From a virus (Duplodnaviria; Caudoviricetes), in the IMG/VR virus record IMGVR_UViG_3300005259_000072, positions 1-40,166 of that record: a DNA stretch of 40,166 nt. The stretch is one strand, 5' to 3'. A program made the translations under genes and the position numbers. Shown one piece after another: positions 26,080-34,886 of the stretch; position 1 is the stretch's first letter; every line of letters begins with the position of its first letter. Under the pieces are notes generated by a model. The model worked only from the letters and a program-made list of their open reading frames with translations. It was not told the DNA's origin and did not search any database.

Positions 26080-26766
26080 GTGTGCTTAGGAGAATTTGTA
26101 CCCTCTGTAGACCCGGTAATGTTAGGTGCGACTACAGGCGCTACTATAGGGGCCGGATCGGCGATAGCCGCTGATATCCAAGCGGATAAAAATCAGGACA
26201 TACTTAACGAGGCCATTGAGACCAAGTATAATGCCGATCTGGAAGTCCAAAAGAATCAATACTACGCCCAGCAATTCCAAGCTACTGACAAGGCATCACA
26301 GGAGCTCAGAAAGAGCACCGCCCAAGAGTTTCAACAGGTCAGACAAGTTATGCGAGATCAGTCCCATAACGAAGCCGCAATGAGCTCTCTCAACATTGTT
26401 GGAGCTACCGCATCACGGCAGGCCGGGGTGAGGGATATGGAGATGAATGGGATGCGCCAGGCCTTCAATAACCAGCGTGAGGGTATTCAGCAAAACTACC
26501 AGGCCGACATGTATGTCAATGATGCGCAGTACAACAACGGAATAATAATGGCTGAGGCCAACGCAAAAGCCAGCTGGAAACAGATTGCGAATCCGTGGTG
26601 GGCTAGTATGTTGGGGATAGCCTCTGGAACGCTTCAGGGAGCCGCCGCCGGGGCCGCACTAGGTCAAAGCCTCAAGGGTTACTCCGCCTCACCAGGAGGC
26701 TCATCAGGAGGCTCATCAGGAGACTCATCAGGAGGCTCATCAGGAGGCTCATCAGGAGAATATTAA
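26080..26766 (+). CDS. Internal virion (ejection) protein, gp14-like
   Basis: GTG start after AAGGAG; MC start, Gly/Ala hydrophobic ends, Gln-rich helical centre. Confidence 0.7.
   Translation: MCLGEFVPSVDPVMLGATTGATIGAGSAIAADIQADKNQDILNEAIETKYNADLEVQKNQYYAQQFQATDKASQELRKSTAQEFQQVRQVMRDQSHNEAAMSSLNIVGATASRQAGVRDMEMNGMRQAFNNQREGIQQNYQADMYVNDAQYNNGIIMAEANAKASWKQIANPWWASMLGIASGTLQGAAAGAALGQSLKGYSASPGGSSGGSSGDSSGGSSGGSSGEY
26688..26759 (+). repeat. 12-bp tandem repeat CTCATCAGGAGR x6
   Basis: Units start at 26688 (variant), 26700, 26712, 26724, 26736, 26748; encodes (SSGG)n. Confidence 0.95.
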
Positions 26767-26769
26767 AGC

Positions 26770-29349
26770 ATGGCAGTAATACCAACACAACAACTTGCAA
26801 GGTACGTGCAAGGGCAACAGCAAGGCCCGGCACAGTTACCTGAAGCCCCCTCAATCCGGCCCAGAAGCGTCTCCCTTGACGTTAACTTCCCACTGAATTA
26901 TGCCCCAATCAATGACCCCACACCGATGTTTGTGGATCGCCTCTTCGGAGGTACCAACCAGTTGGCCGGGGTCTTCGGTCAGGTCAAGAAAGAGCAGTAC
27001 AAGGAAGCACGGGCACAGGCCTTAGCCGGGAACATGGAACCGGATCATGGTCTATTCTCGTTCACCGGAACGCAGCAGGAAGCAATAGATGAAGTCAAAG
27101 GGGAGTATGCCGGGATGAAGTACACCGAGCAGCTCCGGGATGACTCACAGAAGTATCAGCAGGAACTGGCACAGAACCCCGCACTGACTCCGGCCCAGCG
27201 GGTGCAGATGCACCAGGACTTCCTGAAGAGCCAGACTACCAGCTACCTGAAGCAGGGTGGAAGTGATGCTTACGTGCTCAGTATGGCCCGGTATGTCAAT
27301 CCGGCAATCGAGAAGCTGTCCGGCGATTACCACACTACCCAGATTCACGAACAGATTGCCCAGGATAACGCATTGATGGGCGAGGTCTTCTATAAGAAGT
27401 GCAAGTTCGCTCCTGCGGGAATGGATGTGGATCAACGAGCGGCCTTCTACAGTCAGGCAATGGACGAGCTGAACTCCAGCACTGAAAAGGCTGGGTACCC
27501 GTTGAAGGCATCTCTCGCAGCCAAGGCAAGGTTGATCGAAGACCTCAAATCATCCGGCGATCCCGACTCGGTGAAGGTCCTCAGTAAACTGGAGAATTAC
27601 CAGTACAAGGGAGTCAGCCTGGGCAGTATGGGTCTCATCAACGAAAGTACAATCAATGAGGCTGAGAATCGGGTTCTACAGAAAACGGAGCAGCAGTTCC
27701 GACTGAAGCAGATGGCCCAGACGGAGCAGTACGAAAAGGATTACAGCGGCCTTACCCAGATTCGCCAGGGTCTCGACCAGTACAACGATATGACTCCGGG
27801 AGATAACAAGGATCAGGCCAAGACTCAGTTACTGACCCAGATGGATCAGTATGCCTGGGGTCTGTACAACCAGAAGCCTGGTGAGAACGCTCCGGCGCAT
27901 CAGGAAGCCCTGCTCAATCAGCTGTCAGCCATGAAGGATGAGGTTGCCTACGGAAAGAAGCGACCGCCTCTGCCGGACCCGATGGAAGCCTCTTTGCGTA
28001 CTATGGTGAGGCAGAACAACGTGGATGGAATCAACTCATTCATGGATGCCACCGGGTTCAAGTACCAACTACCCAAGGACCTGTACCTGGATACGCAATG
28101 GGCGCAGGAAGTAAGGCAGCAGGAGAACCGGCAGCAGGTCTTTGCCCAGCGTGGGGATCAGATTAAACAATCCCTTAACCAGGTGCAGTTACCGTGGACG
28201 CCGGATGATCAGATGAAGCTGGCCGCACCTGGGGCGGTGAAGGAGAATCTCCAGACCTGGAAGGACGCCAAGGAATACTGGATTGCCACTGGAGGCGGGG
28301 AGGATTTCTACAAGAGATACCCCAAGATGAACCAGCAACAGCAGGATCAGCAGCAGACCAGAGAAGCTAAAGTTCAGCGCTACAACTCACTGGTTGACCG
28401 TATGTCCTCCGGTACGTTTGGAGCGCAGGAAGTTGCCGATCTCAGAGCCTTTGATCCAGCCACCCGCAAGCAACTGTTGGATAGAGTCCGTGCGTCTTCG
28501 GAAGGCAAGGTATCTCCTGAAACAGTGGCGCTTTGGGGCGGCAGCGATCCCAATGCCAAGGACCTGGCCGATGCCAAGGTCAAGAAGGAAATATCCAGCG
28601 ACTTCAACTGGGACAGCCCGATGTACGGCTACAACTTCGAGCACTCGGTAGATGCCAGACGAGGCGTAATCTGGGTCCAGAAGGAGGACAAAAGCATGGT
28701 TCTGTCCAAAGCCACGGATAAAAATAATCTGGGGATCAACAGTTCGGCGGTTCTCTTTGCGTCTAATCCTGAGCATCTCGTGGTTTACAAAGATGCCAAA
28801 GGTGATTTGCAGACGCAGAAATACAGCAAGCTGGCTCCCGAGGATTTGCCAAGGGTTCTCCCGGATACTAAGCAGCCCCTGCTTCAGACCGGAAAGCCTT
28901 ACTATAATCAGAAGGCAATGGATATACCCAGTTTGAATCTGACGGAAGAAGCCCAGCAGAGAATGGTCAACTCGTCGATAGATACCCGTGCGTTCACCTT
29001 GAACTACTCCAATGCCAGCAAGCCTCTGGATGAGCATGTAGCACTTTACTACGTCCCGGAGCTGAAGACGGTCAAGATGGACACGGTCAAAAACATGAGG
29101 GACAATAAGGTTGACCCCTCCTGCATTCTGTCGCATCCTATTGACCCGGACCACCGTGTGGTAGTGGAAGACGAAGCCCACGAGCGCAAGATAGTTCCTA
29201 TGTCAGAATATCTGCAACCCAAGGAAGTGCGGGGTGCGGGCCTTTATCGGCCTTATAATCCACGACCGGAATACACCTTGCTCTCCAGCACACCAGCAGA
29301 CCAGCTGAGTACCAAACAGTTGGATAACCTTTTAAACCCGGTGAAGTAA
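26770..29349 (+). CDS. Internal virion protein, gp15-like
   Basis: 859-aa Gln-rich helical protein in the gp15 position. Confidence 0.65.
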   Translation: MAVIPTQQLARYVQGQQQGPAQLPEAPSIRPRSVSLDVNFPLNYAPINDPTPMFVDRLFGGTNQLAGVFGQVKKEQYKEARAQALAGNMEPDHGLFSFTGTQQEAIDEVKGEYAGMKYTEQLRDDSQKYQQELAQNPALTPAQRVQMHQDFLKSQTTSYLKQGGSDAYVLSMARYVNPAIEKLSGDYHTTQIHEQIAQDNALMGEVFYKKCKFAPAGMDVDQRAAFYSQAMDELNSSTEKAGYPLKASLAAKARLIEDLKSSGDPDSVKVLSKLENYQYKGVSLGSMGLINESTINEAENRVLQKTEQQFRLKQMAQTEQYEKDYSGLTQIRQGLDQYNDMTPGDNKDQAKTQLLTQMDQYAWGLYNQKPGENAPAHQEALLNQLSAMKDEVAYGKKRPPLPDPMEASLRTMVRQNNVDGINSFMDATGFKYQLPKDLYLDTQWAQEVRQQENRQQVFAQRGDQIKQSLNQVQLPWTPDDQMKLAAPGAVKENLQTWKDAKEYWIATGGGEDFYKRYPKMNQQQQDQQQTREAKVQRYNSLVDRMSSGTFGAQEVADLRAFDPATRKQLLDRVRASSEGKVSPETVALWGGSDPNAKDLADAKVKKEISSDFNWDSPMYGYNFEHSVDARRGVIWVQKEDKSMVLSKATDKNNLGINSSAVLFASNPEHLVVYKDAKGDLQTQKYSKLAPEDLPRVLPDTKQPLLQTGKPYYNQKAMDIPSLNLTEEAQQRMVNSSIDTRAFTLNYSNASKPLDEHVALYYVPELKTVKMDTVKNMRDNKVDPSCILSHPIDPDHRVVVEDEAHERKIVPMSEYLQPKEVRGAGLYRPYNPRPEYTLLSSTPADQLSTKQLDNLLNPVK

Positions 29350-29350
29350 A

Positions 29351-32300
29351 ATGTCTCTTTACAATAGTGAAACTGTAGCGGACCAAACCCACTACAACGC
29401 ACAGGCAGGCCCAGCCGGAACACCCCCATCGCCTCCACCGGAAACGGACAATTACGAGTATGGCACACTCACCCGTGCCGCTATGGGGATTGCCAACGTA
29501 CCGGGAACCTTTGTGGATGACCTGGTAAGTCTGGGTGAGGACGTGACCGGCTGGATTACCGGGGACAAGGTGGAATGGTTTGACGTTCCTCAGACCATTG
29601 GCGAGAAGGGCTGGATGGTCAATACCGACCTAGGCACGGCTGGAGAAGTAACCGAGCAGGTAGGGACCTTCGCCCTGGGCCTGCTGCTATCCTGGACAGG
29701 TATCGGTGAAGCCGGTCTGCTGGGACAGGCAGGCAAACTGGGCAAGGTAGGCAAGCTGGCTGAATGGGCCAGTAAAGCCCAGGCCGGTGAACTTGGCAGA
29801 GCCTCCCGCCTCGGCATTGAGGCAATCAAAGGGGCCGGTGTAGACTTTGCTCTGAGTGATACCAAGGACGGCAATCTCTCCAATCTGTTGAACGAGTTCC
29901 CCATGCTGAAGGACACGGTAGTAACCTACCTGAAACATGACGGAGATGACTCTCAGCTGATGAAGCGCATGAAGAATGCGATGGAAGGAATACCTCTGGG
30001 GATCGCTACCGATTACCTATTCGAGGGACTCAGTAAGATTCTCAAGTATAAACGGGCTGGGATTGATGCGGCGGCAGAGGGTGACGAGGCTAAACTGTTG
30101 CAGGGAGTGGAACGGGAAACGGGGCTGGAAACGGCCCCTGTAGATCGCAACATCAGCGCCCTGAGTGACATTACCCCCAAGCCTCTGACGCATCAGGACG
30201 AGGCACTGGAAGCCACGGAAAAGCCCGTTGCCACCACCTTGAAAGAGGACATGCTGATGACCCCGGAAGGGCGGCAGCGGACCTTGCTGGATATCTACGA
30301 TCACATCAAAGAGTCCGGCATGGACGCACCGCTCAAGGCCTTTGAAAACTTCACCCATGTTGAGAGCCCGGAAGAGGTGGAGAAGCTTCTGGCCGGAGTC
30401 AAAGAGATCACCGGCAGAGGCATTCAGTTTGATGAGCTGGGCAACCGGATACCAGTGAGGACGCTGGCTGAAACGGATAGACTCAGTGACAGCGTACCCA
30501 AGGAACTACTGAGCGACCTCGGCCTGTCAATGGATGCTCTGCGGGAACAGGGACGAGTCATGAACAACATGGACGTATACCTGACCGGCTGGTACAAGGT
30601 TCTGAATGCCAAGGCCAACGAAGCAGTAAGGCTGGCTGGAAGGATCACGGACGGCAACGCTGATGCCCTGGAGAAAGCCCAGTTCCTCAAGCTGCTGGAG
30701 TTTCAAATGGAAGCACAGCCGTACTTGCAGGATATTCGAGCAGGGATCGGCAGAAGCCTCAGTGCCCACCGGATCAACATCAGCGGCAGTCCCAAGTATC
30801 TGTCCCAGGTGACAAAGGAAGAACTGGAAGACCCGTCAGCCGGTTTCCTCAAGAACAAACTCAAGGAAATTCTGGATGAACGAGGTGGGGATAAGGGAGT
30901 GTCCGAACTGGCGAAGATCATCCGTGACCAGGCCCAGGTTAACAGCAAGGGCGAGGTCCAGTTGAAGGACTTCCTGAATACCGCCAGAAGTCTGCAAGGA
31001 AGCAAATGGCTCAATGTTCTCCAGGAGTTCCGCTTGACCAACATCCTGTCAGGCCTGAGTACGCAGGGAGTAAACGTCCTGGGTAACTCACTGGCATTCA
31101 TGGTCAGGGATTTGTGGGAACAGGGAGTGGCGGCTGGGATCGGAGCCTTTAGAAGCGGTAAGGATCGGGTGTACTTTTCCGAGGTGCTGGGAAGAGCACA
31201 GAGTATCGGGGAGTCGCTCAAGGATTTCTTTTCCACCCTGGCCGGGGACATCTCCAGTCAGGCAGGAGAAAAGGGCTGGCTGAAGGCGCTGGCGGGAGCC
31301 GGTGATTCGGTCAACCGTGCATCACTGGACTGGGCCGACCGGGCAACTACAGAGGGGATCGTCTCCAAGGCAATCTCTTCCAAGTACCTCAACCTGGACC
31401 CGCACATGCCGTTAGGCTGGGTAGTAGACCAGTACGGCAGGCTGGCAAGGTCCGTGTCCTTCGGGGCTATGAACGTGACAGATGCGGCAGCAGTACACAT
31501 GGGGTTCTACTCCGAACTGTCTGCCTTACTACAGCGCCACTGCCTGATGAATGAGATCACTGAGCAGGAACTTTGGAAGGGCAATATGAAGCGCTACGTA
31601 CTGGATTATGCCAGACGTGGTACGATGCCCAAAGGAGTGCCGGAAAAGACCTGCCTGCTGATTCAACAGTTCTATGATGACGCCATGCACCAGGCTAAAG
31701 TGGATACGTTCAAGGATGCCCTTGATCCTTCAGGCTTGGCTGGAAACTTCTCCCGCTGGCTTAATCAGAAAGACAGCTACTCACCGCAGCTAATGAAGAC
31801 CTTCGTAGTCCCGTTCTTCCGCACCCCGATGAACATTCTGGAGTTTGTGAAGGCCCGTACTCCGCTGCTGCACAAAGCGGCCAAGGATTATCAGTACGTC
31901 ATGGAACACGGCACCCAGGCGCAGAAAGACCAGATCACGGCCAGAGTCATTACCGGCTCACTGTGCTACATGGGCGCTACCGGACTGTACTTCTCTGGAG
32001 CCCTTACCGGCGCTCACGATCCCAAGGAAAGGGACGATCTGCTGGCGGCAGGAGTACCTGAGTATGCGGTGAAGATCGGCGACCGGTTCTACTGTTACAA
32101 CCGGGTGGACCCACTAGGGTGCTTCCTGGGGATTGCAGCAGACGCTTTAGGCTGCGCCAAGTATATGAAGGATGGGGAGTACGGTGCAATGTCGGCTACG
32201 CTGGTAACGGCAGCAGTAAAGACTGCCATAGGCAAGAGCTACATGAAGGGAATCGGCGACCTGTACAACGCAGCCAGCAGCCCCGCTCAGTTCGGGGAAC

Positions 32301-32968
32301 AGTTTGCAAAAGGACAGCTCCGGTCCCTCATCCCGATGGCAGGCGCTCAGAAGACGGTGAATGACACCATTGATCCAAACATGAAAGAAGCTCGGAACAT
32401 GGTGGACTTCTTCCGCAGCAATACCGTATTGAAGCATTCGCTGCCGAACCGCAAGGACTCGTTAGGCGAAGAGATACCGGTAGAGTCCAGCCCGTTGTCG
32501 GTCATGCTGGGGATCAAGACTTCAACCTATGGAGATGCAGTGCACCGGGAAATTGCCAAGTACCGGCTGTATCCTCCCGATGCCCCCGGCACGGTCCGTG
32601 GAGTGCGTCTGGACGACTCGCAATACCAGCAGTACAAGGGCATTCTGCATGAACTGGGTATGGATACCAAACTGAATGAGCTGGTGTCTAGCCAGGGATA
32701 CAGGCAGATGCCGGATGAAGGCAGGGCCACGATGCTGCAACATTACTTGGGCAAGTACCGGGAGTATGCGGCTAACCTGTTAACGGTGAGAGATTCCCGC
32801 CTGCGCACCGATATCGTCAACAAACAGAAGTTCGTATTGGACCTGATGGTGAGAGACCCGCAAAGGTATGCCTCGCTTGCCGATGACCTTCAGGGGATTC
32901 GTGATTATCACAAACCGAAGTACGAACTGACCAAAGCAACCAACCCTAATATGGAAGGAATCCAGTAG
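29351..32968 (+). CDS. Large internal virion protein, gp16-like
   Basis: 1205 aa; NILSG..TQ.VN, PFFRTP.N and YNRVDPLG motifs typical of gp16-like ejection proteins. Confidence 0.75.
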   Translation: MSLYNSETVADQTHYNAQAGPAGTPPSPPPETDNYEYGTLTRAAMGIANVPGTFVDDLVSLGEDVTGWITGDKVEWFDVPQTIGEKGWMVNTDLGTAGEVTEQVGTFALGLLLSWTGIGEAGLLGQAGKLGKVGKLAEWASKAQAGELGRASRLGIEAIKGAGVDFALSDTKDGNLSNLLNEFPMLKDTVVTYLKHDGDDSQLMKRMKNAMEGIPLGIATDYLFEGLSKILKYKRAGIDAAAEGDEAKLLQGVERETGLETAPVDRNISALSDITPKPLTHQDEALEATEKPVATTLKEDMLMTPEGRQRTLLDIYDHIKESGMDAPLKAFENFTHVESPEEVEKLLAGVKEITGRGIQFDELGNRIPVRTLAETDRLSDSVPKELLSDLGLSMDALREQGRVMNNMDVYLTGWYKVLNAKANEAVRLAGRITDGNADALEKAQFLKLLEFQMEAQPYLQDIRAGIGRSLSAHRINISGSPKYLSQVTKEELEDPSAGFLKNKLKEILDERGGDKGVSELAKIIRDQAQVNSKGEVQLKDFLNTARSLQGSKWLNVLQEFRLTNILSGLSTQGVNVLGNSLAFMVRDLWEQGVAAGIGAFRSGKDRVYFSEVLGRAQSIGESLKDFFSTLAGDISSQAGEKGWLKALAGAGDSVNRASLDWADRATTEGIVSKAISSKYLNLDPHMPLGWVVDQYGRLARSVSFGAMNVTDAAAVHMGFYSELSALLQRHCLMNEITEQELWKGNMKRYVLDYARRGTMPKGVPEKTCLLIQQFYDDAMHQAKVDTFKDALDPSGLAGNFSRWLNQKDSYSPQLMKTFVVPFFRTPMNILEFVKARTPLLHKAAKDYQYVMEHGTQAQKDQITARVITGSLCYMGATGLYFSGALTGAHDPKERDDLLAAGVPEYAVKIGDRFYCYNRVDPLGCFLGIAADALGCAKYMKDGEYGAMSATLVTAAVKTAIGKSYMKGIGDLYNAASSPAQFGEQFAKGQLRSLIPMAGAQKTVNDTIDPNMKEARNMVDFFRSNTVLKHSLPNRKDSLGEEIPVESSPLSVMLGIKTSTYGDAVHREIAKYRLYPPDAPGTVRGVRLDDSQYQQYKGILHELGMDTKLNELVSSQGYRQMPDEGRATMLQHYLGKYREYAANLLTVRDSRLRTDIVNKQKFVLDLMVRDPQRYASLADDLQGIRDYHKPKYELTKATNPNMEGIQ

Positions 32969-32969
32969 A

Positions 32970-33218
32970 GTGAGCAAAAGAGCGAACGATTCTGTCCTGT
33001 CCGAACTCCACGTCTGCCTTGCAGAACAGATGCTCAAGCGTCTAATCAGTGGCGAAGCTTCGGCAGCGGAGATGAACGCTATCCGACAGTTCCTGAAAGA
33101 CAACGAGATCACGGCAGAGATTGCCCCCGGCACGGTGATCGGAGCACTGAAAGAGGAACTGAGTGAAGACGACCACAGCTATCTGAAGCTGGTGGGAGGT
33201 CAGGCTAATGTCGGCTGA
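32970..33218 (+). CDS. Terminase small subunit (gp18-like)
   Basis: LH...A...GEASAA.....FLKDNEIT. Confidence 0.85.
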   Translation: MSKRANDSVLSELHVCLAEQMLKRLISGEASAAEMNAIRQFLKDNEITAEIAPGTVIGALKEELSEDDHSYLKLVGGQANVG

Positions 33219-33227
33219 GGCACATAG

Positions 33228-33461
33228 ATGACCTTATCCAGCGATTCGTTAGTTACCCTCCTGACGGCAGGAGCAGGAATTGTAACGACTGGCCTTGGAG
33301 CCATTGTGGGTGCCCTGTGGGGGCATCAGAAGGAACTCGGTAAACGGGTGACGCATGAGCAGTGCAGAAAGAAACGCAAGGACTGCCCGTGCCATAAGAA
33401 GTTAAAAGAGATGAAAAAAGAACAGAAGGAAAAGAAAGCAGAGAATGAAACGTGTCAGTAA
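33228..33461 (+). CDS. Single-TM protein with a basic tail, holin-like
   Basis: One N-terminal hydrophobic helix, K/E-rich C-terminus, lysis-region position. Confidence 0.45.
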   Translation: MTLSSDSLVTLLTAGAGIVTTGLGAIVGALWGHQKELGKRVTHEQCRKKRKDCPCHKKLKEMKKEQKEKKAENETCQ

Positions 33462-33906
33462 AATTATGACCGGCATGGCCCTGGCGGCGATGCTGGCAGG
33501 GTTCGGCAGCGGTTGCCTCAGTACCACGAAGGTCACTGAGTATGACCTCGCCACCGGCAAGGTTGCCAAAGTCACGGAGACCTCGGAACCGATTGTCGGC
33601 CAGATCACCAAGTCCACCAAGGACAAGACGGTGTTCATGTGGGAAAGCGGCTGGTATGCCCAGATCGTAGCGGAGTTCACCGGGTCCAGCAGCGCCCTGC
33701 CGAACTTCGACTTCAAGGGTGGGAACCTCGACAAGGGCCTCCTGACGATCCACAAGGACCAGGCAAACATGACTAACCTGGCCGACTGCATCAAAGCGGC
33801 CCGGTCCAACTCGGTATCGATGGGTGCAACCGGGGTGAGCAGCTCCAGTGGTTCGGCCTCCGCAACCAACAGCCAGACCTCCAACAGCACCTCTTCGGGT
33901 AAGTAA
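33445..33906 (+). CDS. Predicted lipoprotein
   Basis: MKRVSK + hydrophobic core + GSGC lipobox-like motif; Ser-rich tail. Confidence 0.6.
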   Translation: MKRVSKIMTGMALAAMLAGFGSGCLSTTKVTEYDLATGKVAKVTETSEPIVGQITKSTKDKTVFMWESGWYAQIVAEFTGSSSALPNFDFKGGNLDKGLLTIHKDQANMTNLADCIKAARSNSVSMGATGVSSSSGSASATNSQTSNSTSSGK

Positions 33907-34323
33907 GTGTCCCGTACCTATTCCCTGTCCAACATTGTCGTGGTGGACGGGGATACCATCAAAGCGGATATTGAACTGGGCCTGGGCGTAAGCCTGATCC
34001 AGAAGCATATTCGGCTGGCTGATGTGGATACTCCCGAAACGCACTCGCACAATCTGACTGAGAAGGCCGCTGGCATGGCGGTCAAGACGTGGCTGGCTAA
34101 TCGACTGCTCAATCACAGCAGCGGTGAACCTACTATCGTTGATCCTGAGTTGGACAAGTATGGCCGTATTCTGGCGGTACTGCGATCCGGTGAGGTGAAC
34201 GTGTGCCAAGAGATGACGGACAAGGGCTTTGCCAGACGGTATGAGGGCGAGGCCAAGACGCCGTGGGACATGGAAGTCCTGCGCAAAATCATTGCAGAAA
34301 GTACGGTGGTAAGTAATGGATGA
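33907..34323 (+). CDS. Thermonuclease (SNase-like) family protein
   Basis: VVDGDTI, IRLADVDTPE, DKYGRILA. Confidence 0.9.
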   Translation: MSRTYSLSNIVVVDGDTIKADIELGLGVSLIQKHIRLADVDTPETHSHNLTEKAAGMAVKTWLANRLLNHSSGEPTIVDPELDKYGRILAVLRSGEVNVCQEMTDKGFARRYEGEAKTPWDMEVLRKIIAESTVVSNG

Positions 34324-34762
34324 AATGAGCAGCTTCTACTACTCGATGGAGCAGATCAAGGCACTTCGGGCTGAGGTGCTTAAACGGAACCTCAGCAGAC
34401 CGGCATACTTCGACAAGCTGACGGATGAAGACCTGCACCGTATCTGTAACGGCTGCGGCCCTGACTGGATGAGTAAACGAGGCAGGGACTTCCTGACGAA
34501 ACGCTACGAGGTATTCGGCCCGTGTATTATGATTCACGATGTCGAGTACGAATACAGCGACCACAGCAAGGAGAAGTTCAAAGAAGCCAACCAGCGCCTG
34601 TATGACAATGACAGAGCAATCGTGGCAGCTGACTATTCCTGGTGGCGTCCTCTGTTGAAATCCCAGCAGTATTTCCGGGCCTGGGAAATGTACGTGGCCT
34701 GTAAGGATTTGGGCTGGTCGGCATGGACGGACGGAACTCCTCAAAGTCCTCCTGAAGTCTAG
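34316..34762 (+). CDS. Hypothetical protein with a phospholipase A2-like motif
   Basis: CNGCGP ... CIMIHDVEY ... ANQRL resembles the NGCG / HDxxY pattern of PLA2-like folds. Confidence 0.5.
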   Translation: MDEMSSFYYSMEQIKALRAEVLKRNLSRPAYFDKLTDEDLHRICNGCGPDWMSKRGRDFLTKRYEVFGPCIMIHDVEYEYSDHSKEKFKEANQRLYDNDRAIVAADYSWWRPLLKSQQYFRAWEMYVACKDLGWSAWTDGTPQSPPEV

Positions 34763-34794
34763 CTGAACGGACACCCACTTTAAACCCATTCTAC

Positions 34795-34870
34795 GCCCTC
34801 TGGAGCGCACCTTGACGTTCTCCCCTACCAACTTACGGGAAGACAGCAAGCAGGCCTCCAGAGGGCTTTT
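34795..34870 (+). promoter_or_regulatory. Long hairpin upstream of terL (RNase III site- or attenuator-like)
   Basis: Perfect 11-bp stem GCCCTCTGGAG (34795-34805) / CTCCAGAGGGC (34856-34866), further inner pairing, then TTTT. Confidence 0.6.
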
Positions 34871-34886
34871 GCGTTGACTCTAACAG

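Noticed and set aside
26688-26759. CRISPR array
   Set aside because: The 12-bp units are contiguous with no spacers, lie in frame in a CDS, and no cas genes are present.
18173-34209. Long antisense ORFs (18173..19189, 19485..20177, 28387..29181, 33253..34209)
   Set aside because: They lie opposite well-supported genes, carry no motifs, and are expected from codon bias.
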